DNA of 53,205 bases from Longimicrobiales bacterium (GTDB lineage: Bacteria > Gemmatimonadota > Gemmatimonadetes > Longimicrobiales > RSA9). Both the position numbers and the translations under genes were made by a program. The notes beneath the pieces were generated by a model, which was not told the DNA's origin, searched no databases, and was given only the letters and a program-made list of their open reading frames with translations. The stretch covers positions 1 to 53,205 of the forward strand of contig JBBSJG010000002.1 of assembly GCA_038257485.1 (NCBI GenBank). Reading direction: 5' to 3'. Positions 42,576-50,439 of the stretch are shown piece after piece (positions within the stretch are counted from its first letter, which is position 1; each line of letters opens with the position of its first letter).

Positions 42576-43757
42576 ATGGCCATCAGTCCCAACATCCGTG
42601 AGCTTCAAGGCTCTGCTACCCTCGCCGTCGCCGCCCTCTGCAGACAGCTCCGCGCGCAGGGCCGCGATATCATCGACCTGAGCGCCGGCGAGCCCGACTT
42701 CCGTACGCCGAACTTCGCCGCAGAAGCCGGGATCGCCGCGATCGAACAGGGGTTCACCCACTACACCCCCGTCCCGGGCACGCCCCAGCTCAGGGACGCC
42801 ATCGCGGCATACCTCTCGGCATCGACCGGCAAGAAGGTCGAATCGAAGGGAATCGTGGTGAGCAATGGCGCCAAACAGGCACTGTTCAATGCGTGTTTCG
42901 CACTGTTCGGTCCGGGGGACGAGGTCCTCGTGCCAGTGCCCTACTGGACCAGCTATCCGGAGATCCTGAAGCTCGCGCGCGCCACCCCCGTTCTCGTGGG
43001 ATCGACTGAAGAGGCCGGGTTCAAGGTGACCGTCGCGGACCTGGACGCGGCAGCGACAGCGGCCACCCGCGGGATCATCCTGAATTCACCGTCGAACCCG
43101 ACCGGCGTCGTGTACTCCCTCGACGAGTTGGAGGCGATCGTACGCTGGGCGCATGCAAAGAACCTGTGGATCATCAGTGACGAGATCTACGGCCGCCTCT
43201 GCTTTGATGCGGAGCGCGCGGCCAGTGTTCTCGATCTCGACGCATCCCTCCTCGATCGAACGGTACTCGTCGACGGGGCATCGAAGGCCTTCGCCATGAC
43301 CGGGTGGCGCATCGGTTTCAGCTATTGCAGCCCGGACCTCGCGACGATGCTGAGCGATCTGCAGAGCCACGTGACGTCCGGCGCGGCGACACCGTCGCAG
43401 CACGCGGCACTCGCCGTGTTCCGCCACGAGCCACGCGTCCAGGAATCCGTCAATGCGATGGTCCGGCTGTTCAAGCGACGCCGTGACCGCCTCGCTGCTG
43501 CAATGACTGAACGCGTGCCGCATGCGTCGTTCGTCATGCCGGACGGGGCGTTCTACCTGTTTTTCAGAACCGACGCGTATTATGCCGACGGCCGCGATGG
43601 CTCCGTCGCATTCTGCAGCTGGCTCCTGGAAAAGACTGGCGTCGCGCTCGTGCCCGGCATCGCATTCGGCGATGATCGCTATGTTCGCATCTCGTTTGCC
43701 GCACCCGAAGCAGAAGTACTGGCCGCAGTCGACCGCATTGCCGAAGCACTCACGTAG
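42576..43757 (+). CDS. class I pyridoxal-phosphate aminotransferase (aspartate aminotransferase-like)
   Basis: LSAGEPDF, NSPSNPTG, SKAFAMTGWRIGF (PLP lysine), RISFA. Confidence 0.93.
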   Translation: MAISPNIRELQGSATLAVAALCRQLRAQGRDIIDLSAGEPDFRTPNFAAEAGIAAIEQGFTHYTPVPGTPQLRDAIAAYLSASTGKKVESKGIVVSNGAKQALFNACFALFGPGDEVLVPVPYWTSYPEILKLARATPVLVGSTEEAGFKVTVADLDAAATAATRGIILNSPSNPTGVVYSLDELEAIVRWAHAKNLWIISDEIYGRLCFDAERAASVLDLDASLLDRTVLVDGASKAFAMTGWRIGFSYCSPDLATMLSDLQSHVTSGAATPSQHAALAVFRHEPRVQESVNAMVRLFKRRRDRLAAAMTERVPHASFVMPDGAFYLFFRTDAYYADGRDGSVAFCSWLLEKTGVALVPGIAFGDDRYVRISFAAPEAEVLAAVDRIAEALT

Positions 43758-43774
43758 CAACTACGGAGGTTCTA

Positions 43775-44554
43775 TTGGACGAAGACCGCACAGACGCCGG
43801 CCACCCGGAATACAATGATGACCGTACCGGCTTGGCAGAGCCGATCGTCCAGAAGTCGCGGTGGGAGGATTATCTCGACGTGTTCTTCGCGCCCACGGAC
43901 CTGTTCCGCAGGCGTGGCCATGACAAGCTTGCGCCGCCGCTGATCACACTGCTGCTCCTCGCAACTGCTTTCTACTACATCCTGCTGCCGGCACAGGGCA
44001 TCGTGATGCGGGCATCGATGAAGCCCGAGCAGCTGGCGCAGATGCCGGAAGGCATGCTGAAACTCATGCCGATCCTGGGCGGCATCTCCATCCCCATCGT
44101 GTACCTGATCAGCACGGCCGTTGCCGCGGCGCTCCTGTGGTTGCTCGCCCGCCTCGTCGACGTCAAGCCCGAGTTCCGCGAGATGATGATTGTCGCGACC
44201 TACGCATCGTTCATCGGACTGCTCTCGCAGATCGCGGTCGGCGTCTTGACCATGATCCATGGCGAGGCGGGCCTCGAACCGTTGCGTCACCTGTCATTCG
44301 GTGCGCTGCGCTTCGTTGACGCGAAAGAGTTGCCCGCACCGGTTTCAGCCCTGCTCGCTCGCTTCGACATCTTCAAGATCTGGCAGGCAGTCGTCTGGGC
44401 CATCGGATTCTCTGTCGTCACCGGCGTGTCCCGCTCGAAGGGCGCACTCGTTGCCGGCGGCACCTGGCTGCTCTTCGCAGTACCCGGCATGCTCGGCGCG
44501 GGCGTGGCGGATAAGATGGGCGGACCGGCGGGCATCGAGACAACTGTCGAATAG
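43775..44554 (+). CDS. Yip1-domain membrane protein
   Basis: TTG start with ggagg 5 nt upstream. The 5-TM profile and N-terminal W.DYLDVFFAPTDLF segment are typical of the bacterial YIP1 family. Confidence 0.75.
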   Translation: MDEDRTDAGHPEYNDDRTGLAEPIVQKSRWEDYLDVFFAPTDLFRRRGHDKLAPPLITLLLLATAFYYILLPAQGIVMRASMKPEQLAQMPEGMLKLMPILGGISIPIVYLISTAVAAALLWLLARLVDVKPEFREMMIVATYASFIGLLSQIAVGVLTMIHGEAGLEPLRHLSFGALRFVDAKELPAPVSALLARFDIFKIWQAVVWAIGFSVVTGVSRSKGALVAGGTWLLFAVPGMLGAGVADKMGGPAGIETTVE

Positions 44555-44562
44555 TGCATTCC

Positions 44563-45096
44563 ATGAATGCGACATTCGATCCGCGCTATCCCGTCGGGCG
44601 CTTCGACAGGGCCGTCACGGTCCCGCACTCCGGCCGGCCTGCACTCATCGACACCATCGCCTCACTGCCGAGCGTTCTGCGCGCGGCAGTGCACGGGCTC
44701 ACGGACACACAACTCGATACGCCGTACCGCGACGGCGGATGGACCGTTCGGCAGGTGATCCATCACGTGCCCGACAGTCATGCCAATGCCTACATCCGGT
44801 TCAAACTGGGACTCACGGAAGACCAGCCCACTATCAAGACATACGATGAGGCGGCATGGGCCGAGATCCCGGAAGCGCGCACACTCCCCATCGCGCCCTC
44901 ACTGCAGCTGCTCGATGGGTTGCACACGCGATGGGTGGCCCTGCTCCGCGATATGGACGCGTCCCAGTACGAACGCATGATCGTGCACCCTGAATGGGGC
45001 ACGATCCCGCTCGGCACCATGCTCGGCCTGTATGAATGGCACAGCCGGCATCACACCGCGCATATCACGCGTCTTCGCGAGCGGATGCACTGGTGA
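44563..45096 (+). CDS. YfiT/DinB-family metal-dependent transferase (bacillithiol-transferase-like)
   Basis: RYPVGRF, WTVRQVIHHVPDSHANAYIRF and YEWHSRHHTAHI His triad. ATG 44563 aligns with the YfiT N-terminus; the track starts at GTG 44554. Confidence 0.87.
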   Translation: MNATFDPRYPVGRFDRAVTVPHSGRPALIDTIASLPSVLRAAVHGLTDTQLDTPYRDGGWTVRQVIHHVPDSHANAYIRFKLGLTEDQPTIKTYDEAAWAEIPEARTLPIAPSLQLLDGLHTRWVALLRDMDASQYERMIVHPEWGTIPLGTMLGLYEWHSRHHTAHITRLRERMHW

Positions 45097-45562
45097 GATC
45101 GGACAGAAATGCGCGACACGCGCGTTCCACCATGTCGTGCACATCCGAAAACCCCGTTTCGCCGCCGTAATACGGGTCCGGCACATCCACCTCGTCGCCA
45201 GCTGTCGCGTCGTAGGTCCGGAGAAGGCGCACGACGGCGTGGCGCGGGGACCCCGCAGCCATCTCCTGCACCGCCGCCAGGTTGTCCTGGTCCATGACCA
45301 GCACATGGTCGAAACGGCCCAGGTCCTTGTGCTGAATGCGTCGCGCGCTGTGCTCGAGCACGATGCCCCGCCGCATCGCCTCCGCACTCGTCCGGGGATC
45401 CGGCGCTTCACCCTCGTGATAGGACGACGTACCCGCCGAATCGATCTCGTACCGCTCGGATACGCCCGCATCTTGCACCAGTTGCCGGAAGATGCCCTCC
45501 GCCAGCGGCGACCGGCAGATATTCCCGTGACACACGAAAAGGACATGCGTTTTGTCAGTCAT
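45065..45562 (-). CDS. low-molecular-weight protein-tyrosine phosphatase
   Basis: VLFVCHGNICRSPLAEG (CX5R P-loop) and DPYYG general-acid motif. Confidence 0.92.
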   Translation of the reverse strand: MTDKTHVLFVCHGNICRSPLAEGIFRQLVQDAGVSERYEIDSAGTSSYHEGEAPDPRTSAEAMRRGIVLEHSARRIQHKDLGRFDHVLVMDQDNLAAVQEMAAGSPRHAVVRLLRTYDATAGDEVDVPDPYYGGETGFSDVHDMVERACRAFLSDLTSASAREDA

Positions 45563-46496
45563 TCATCACTCTCGAAAATTCTATTCTGTCATTATCGCAG
45601 CAGCACTGCTCGGGGGCTCGTCATGCGACCGCAATGCGGATGACGCACAGGGCGGCGCACACCAGGTTGATGCCATACGCGGTAACGTGCGCGAAGACGC
45701 CGCATGCGACAACCTCACCCGCGTCGACACCCTCGCTACACCACTCCGCGAAGCAAGTGGCATCGCGGCCAGTCGGTCACATCCGGGGATCCTCTGGGTC
45801 CATAACGACGGTGGCAACGAGAATGTCGTGTTTGCCATCGATACCGCCGGTCACGTCAACGGCCGCGTGCACCTGCTCACGCAGGAAACCGGCATGGACT
45901 GGGAGGACATTGCCGTCTCCGACTGCGGGGATCGCGACTGCATCTATCTGGCGGACATCGGCGACAACCTCGCAAACAGGAGCACTGTGCGCATCCTCCG
46001 GCTCCACGAGCCCGATCCACGCACGGATTCCGTCGCACAGATCACAGGGATCTTTCATCTCCGGTATCCGGATGGACCTCACGACGCCGAAGCCATGTTC
46101 GTACTTCCAGGAGGACGCGTCTTCGTCATCACGAAGGGACGCAACGGGCCGGTCGCACTCTTCGCTTATCCGGGCCAGCTCCGCGCCGACACCGTCACGC
46201 TTCGACACATCCAGGATTTCACCCCCGGCCTCGTCCAGCTTCCCCTGATGGCCACCGGCGCCGCCGCGTCGGCGGATGGACGGCGTATCGCCATTCGCAG
46301 CTACTCCGAGCTTCGCTTCTACCGGCCGGGCGGGGGTGACAGTCTCATCCCGGTGTCCAGTCCTGTGTCACTGGCGTCACTCCTTGAATTTCAGGGCGAG
46401 GGGATCGCCCTCGCACCGTCGGGCTCTGCCTTTCTCGTCGGTGAAGTAGGGTTCGACACGGTACCGCCGCATCTCTCCCGCCTCACCTGTCGATAA
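45552..46496 (+). CDS. lipoprotein, beta-propeller-like (SdiA-regulated/phytase-like fold suspected)
   Basis: TTG start and lipobox LLGGSSC. EASGIAAS..GILWVHNDGG..DWEDIAV..IYLADIGDN is a pattern seen in secreted propeller proteins. The family call is low certainty. Confidence 0.72.
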   Translation: MSVIHHSRKFYSVIIAAALLGGSSCDRNADDAQGGAHQVDAIRGNVREDAACDNLTRVDTLATPLREASGIAASRSHPGILWVHNDGGNENVVFAIDTAGHVNGRVHLLTQETGMDWEDIAVSDCGDRDCIYLADIGDNLANRSTVRILRLHEPDPRTDSVAQITGIFHLRYPDGPHDAEAMFVLPGGRVFVITKGRNGPVALFAYPGQLRADTVTLRHIQDFTPGLVQLPLMATGAAASADGRRIAIRSYSELRFYRPGGGDSLIPVSSPVSLASLLEFQGEGIALAPSGSAFLVGEVGFDTVPPHLSRLTCR

Positions 46497-46570
46497 GGCA
46501 CGAAACATGCACCTCAAAAGATAGAGAAAATAGTGTACTGCAACGACTTACAGGTTTCTGGAGAAGCGTC

Positions 46571-47314
46571 ATGACATCAGGGGATCACCGCCGCATCACC
46601 GACGAGGTCAATCCCGACGCCTCACAATCGCCGGGTCGACGTGAGCCCGACGACGCCAACAGTCCGCACCGGCGTCTGAAGCAGGATTTCTTCAGGAAAT
46701 ACCGGCAGCCGCTGATCGGGCTCGGCCTGGCAGGCGCATCGCTGCCCCTGGTCAATGCACAGCAGAATGCAGAGAAGGAAAAGGCGCAGACGGCTGAGGG
46801 CGAGCAGGCGGCGCAGGCCGCAGCAGCCGCGCGAAGTGGTGACGCGGAAGAGGACCTCGTCGGCAGAATCGCGGAGTCGCGCGCAAGCAGCGACCGCAGC
46901 TCCCATATCCAGTCGGCGGTCGCGGAATTCAAGATCGAAGAAGGCCTCGCGGCCGACATCTACGACATCGCGAAGCAGGAAGGCGTGGAGCCGAAGGTCG
47001 CGTACGGTCTCGTTCGCACGGAAAGCACGTTCGATGACAAGGCCGTCAGCCATGTTGGCGCACGCGGACTCACGCAGGTGATGCCGCGCACCGCGAAGTG
47101 GCTCGTGCCGGGCACCACCGCGCAGGATCTCTTCGATCGCAAGACGAACCTCAAGCTCGGTTTCCGATACCTGAACCAGCTCACGGACAAGTACCGCGGC
47201 AACATGAAGCTCGCACTGCTCGCATACAACCGCGGGCCGGGCACGGTCGACAAGGTGCTGAAGAAGGGCGGAAATCCCGACAACGGGTACGCCAAGAAAG
47301 TCATGGGCATCTGA
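46571..47314 (+). CDS. lytic transglycosylase (SLT domain) protein
   Basis: ggagaag RBS; catalytic ESTFD, GARGLTQVMP, LLAYNRGPG. Confidence 0.87.
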   Translation: MTSGDHRRITDEVNPDASQSPGRREPDDANSPHRRLKQDFFRKYRQPLIGLGLAGASLPLVNAQQNAEKEKAQTAEGEQAAQAAAAARSGDAEEDLVGRIAESRASSDRSSHIQSAVAEFKIEEGLAADIYDIAKQEGVEPKVAYGLVRTESTFDDKAVSHVGARGLTQVMPRTAKWLVPGTTAQDLFDRKTNLKLGFRYLNQLTDKYRGNMKLALLAYNRGPGTVDKVLKKGGNPDNGYAKKVMGI

Positions 47315-47349
47315 CTTGCGGCGCGCGCGTGCGCGCTGCATTGTGTCGC

Positions 47350-48837
47350 ATGATGAAAACACAACAGATCCGGTATGCGACGTGGGTCGCCGCGCTATTC
47401 GCGGCGACTTCGTCGTTTGCGCCCCGCGCCCTGCGCGCGCAGTCCGTCATCGACACGCTCTCCATTCGGGCTGACACGCGATTTCTCGCCGACGATCTCC
47501 TGCGCGGTCGCGGCACTGGTACTGAAGGCGAACGTATCGCCGCCGCCTACATCGAGAGCCGCCTCATCGCCATCGGGCTCCGCGGTGCCGGCAGCAATGG
47601 CGCCTTTCGTCTGCCTGTGCCATTGCGCACCGCGATCATCAGGCCCACATCCGGCATGACCATCACGCGCAGCGATGAAGTCATTCCGTTCACGTACGGA
47701 CGGGACTTCATCATGAACACCGGTGGCGTCGCGGCCTTCCACGATTTCGCAGGCACTGTACTGTTCGTTGGCGCACCATCACACGCGTTGCAGCTGATGC
47801 GCGCGGCGCCGTCCCTGAGCGGCCAGGTCATCGCGTTCAATGGTCCGCTCGGCAGTGCCGCCGGTGACATCGTGCCGCTGCTCATCACGCGTGGTGCCGC
47901 GGGCGTGATGATCCTGCTCAATGATTCCGCGCAATACGATCTCTACGTGCGCAGCCGCGGCGATCGGCGCTTCTTCGCGGCCGTCGACGTCGCCGACCCC
48001 GTCTGGCAACCTTCGCTACCGGTGGTGCTCGCGAGCCCCGCTGTAGCGCGTCTGCTCGTCGCGAGCCCGGCTACACTCACAACAACGCAGCCGCTTCCCG
48101 CACTCGTCGGATCCCATGCTGTCGCGGTGCGCGTCGAATCCACGCTGCTCGACGTGCCCGCGGACAATGTGGGCGGCATCATCCGCGGCACGAACCCGAC
48201 GCTGCGCGACGAGTACGTGGTCTACACGGCCCACTATGATCACCTCGGCGTCAGTACACCCGACGCACGAGGCGACTCCATCTACAATGGCTTCTCCGAC
48301 AACGCGGCCGGCACCGCCATGCTCCTCGCGATCGCGCAGGCATTCCAGAAAAGTCCGCCCGCGCGCTCCGTCGCATTTCTCTTCTTTACCGGCGAGGAAC
48401 GCGGCCTGCTCGGATCGTCCTACCTGGCCGCGCATCCGCCGTTTCCGCTCGACCGCATTCGCGCAGTCATCAACCTCGATGCGGGAGCTCCGCCCGCACC
48501 GCCGGTCACATGGCGAATCGCTGGCGGCGTCGAGTCCGCAGCACTCGGCCAGCTCGCAGCCGACGTAGCCGCCCGAAATGGATGGCGAGCCACACCTTCC
48601 ACGGCTTCGCCCAACTCCGATTACTGGCCGTTCCTGAGCCGCGGTGTACCGGCAATCTTCATTGTGCCTGGCGACGAATGGCAGAATACGACCACCGCGC
48701 AGCGCGACGAGCTACGTCGTGTGTGGGACCGCTACCACCAGGCCGGCGACCATTGGAACGCGCTATTCCCGTTCGCCGGCCTCGAACGCTACGCGGCGTT
48801 CGCATACGCAGTCGGAGCGGCAGCGGCCGGTCATTGA
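47350..48837 (+). CDS. M28 family metallopeptidase, secreted
   Basis: Signal peptide (WVAALFAATSSFAPRALRAQS); HYDHLG, DNAAGTAMLL, FTGEERGLLGS. The track ORF begins spuriously at 47098, inside the upstream gene. Confidence 0.9.
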   Translation: MMKTQQIRYATWVAALFAATSSFAPRALRAQSVIDTLSIRADTRFLADDLLRGRGTGTEGERIAAAYIESRLIAIGLRGAGSNGAFRLPVPLRTAIIRPTSGMTITRSDEVIPFTYGRDFIMNTGGVAAFHDFAGTVLFVGAPSHALQLMRAAPSLSGQVIAFNGPLGSAAGDIVPLLITRGAAGVMILLNDSAQYDLYVRSRGDRRFFAAVDVADPVWQPSLPVVLASPAVARLLVASPATLTTTQPLPALVGSHAVAVRVESTLLDVPADNVGGIIRGTNPTLRDEYVVYTAHYDHLGVSTPDARGDSIYNGFSDNAAGTAMLLAIAQAFQKSPPARSVAFLFFTGEERGLLGSSYLAAHPPFPLDRIRAVINLDAGAPPAPPVTWRIAGGVESAALGQLAADVAARNGWRATPSTASPNSDYWPFLSRGVPAIFIVPGDEWQNTTTAQRDELRRVWDRYHQAGDHWNALFPFAGLERYAAFAYAVGAAAAGH

Positions 48838-48920
48838 CCACCCCCGTCCCCATGCATACGTTTACGGATCCAGCCTGGAGGAACTCCCACCCAGGCGACC
48901 GCAATCCTGCGAGCCGACAC

Positions 48921-50339
48921 ATGAGTCTTGTTCCATACGCCCGCCGCGCGCTGACCGCCATGGCGTCCGCTGCTCTGTTCGTGTCGTGCACCGCGTCCGA
49001 CCGGACGACCGGCTCTGACGCAGGTTTGCTCAGCGTCGCCGTTCAGCCGCAAATGCAGGCCCGCGTGAACAGCAGTGCCGCCTCTGCCATCATCAACCGC
49101 TCCCGCCTTACCGTAGTAGGCGTGACCGACATCGGGACCGTCACCAGCGATACCGTCGGAGGACCCTTTGTCATTGACGTGGACCCCTCGGCATCACAAT
49201 GGCTTCTCCCCATCGAGTTCGGCTTGCCCGACAACTATGCCAGCATCTCGATCTTCGTGGAGCTCATCAACGTACTCAATGGCGTCGAGACCGTTGAATG
49301 GAGCGGTGCCTCCGGCCCGATCCGGATCAGCACTGCGCGCAAGGCGACGCAGGCGGCCAGCGTCAAGGTTTTTGAAGGAGGCATCGAAAACGCTTTCGTG
49401 ACTTCCGTGTCGATCCAGCAGGCCGACGCATCACTCCTCGAAGGCAGCGACCTCCATCTCACCGCGCTGACCGAGACCACCGGACCCGCTGGAACCGCCC
49501 CTTCCGTCTCGTGGTCCAGCACCGACACATCGGTTGCGACAGTCACGCAGAACGGCGTCGTCCTCGCCCGGCGGGATGGCATCGTTCACATCTACGCCGC
49601 CGTCGGGCCCGCGCGCGACACGATCCGCATCGAGGCACGCTCCCGACCGGCTTCGATTCGCCTCACCCCGGACACCATCCGCGACATCAGCGTCGGCGAG
49701 GAAGTCGTCGTCAATGCCGAGGTCAGGGACGCCCGCGGTAAGCTGCTCTATACAGAGGTCGTCACCTGGTCATCCGCCGCGGAAGTCACGCTGGCCGCCC
49801 TCGGAAACGGTCGGTTCGTCGGGCGCGCCGTCGGAACTACGACACTCCGCGCTTCCATCATCGGATTCCCCGCGCTCAGTGCAACCACCGCTGCGACCAT
49901 CACCAGCCGCATTGCCGCCAACATCCGCGTCTCATGGGTCGGGTCCAACCCAGCCGATACAACGTCCGTCGGCTCACACATCATCTTCCTGCTCATCGGC
50001 GGCAACACCGGCTCCGTTACAACGCCCGCCGCCCATGCACGGGTTCGCCTCGTCGATGCCAACACAGGCGCCGTCGCCTTCGATTCCGTATTCGACCAGC
50101 CGTCCATCCCGGCCGCCACACCCCTGACGTACTCCATTCTGCTACACCTCGCGCCGGCGCGGGCCTGGCCTGATTTCGCACGAATCAGTGTTACCGCCGA
50201 CGCGCACAATGCGATCGTCGAGACCGATGAGACTGACAACACGGCGGTTTCGACGATTCTCCACATCCGTCGGCCCACCCCGTCAGGGGTCATGGGACCG
50301 GCCGTCAAACTGATTGACACTCCCATACGCCCTAGGTAG
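48921..50339 (+). CDS. surface lipoprotein with two Big_2 domains and a C-terminal CARDB-like domain
   Basis: Lipobox ALFVSC at ATG 48921. Big_2 signature SWSSTDTSVATVTQNGVVLARRDGIVHIYA. The C-terminus ends in AIVETDETDNTAV (CARDB-like). Confidence 0.8.
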   Translation: MSLVPYARRALTAMASAALFVSCTASDRTTGSDAGLLSVAVQPQMQARVNSSAASAIINRSRLTVVGVTDIGTVTSDTVGGPFVIDVDPSASQWLLPIEFGLPDNYASISIFVELINVLNGVETVEWSGASGPIRISTARKATQAASVKVFEGGIENAFVTSVSIQQADASLLEGSDLHLTALTETTGPAGTAPSVSWSSTDTSVATVTQNGVVLARRDGIVHIYAAVGPARDTIRIEARSRPASIRLTPDTIRDISVGEEVVVNAEVRDARGKLLYTEVVTWSSAAEVTLAALGNGRFVGRAVGTTTLRASIIGFPALSATTAATITSRIAANIRVSWVGSNPADTTSVGSHIIFLLIGGNTGSVTTPAAHARVRLVDANTGAVAFDSVFDQPSIPAATPLTYSILLHLAPARAWPDFARISVTADAHNAIVETDETDNTAVSTILHIRRPTPSGVMGPAVKLIDTPIRPR

Positions 50340-50355
50340 CTTCGACCTGATCGCC

Positions 50356-50380
50356 GCAGCCACACTCTCCCTGTGGCTGC
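50356..50380 (+). terminator. hairpin after the first Big_2 lipoprotein gene
   Basis: Perfect 9-bp stem gcagccaca / tgtggctgc with loop ctctccc, 17 nt after the stop. No T-tract follows. Confidence 0.4.
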
Positions 50381-50439
50381 AGGAACGGATGGATGCACTT
50401 CGCTCGCTCTTTCTCGGATCGAATATGAGAACTTCCCCC

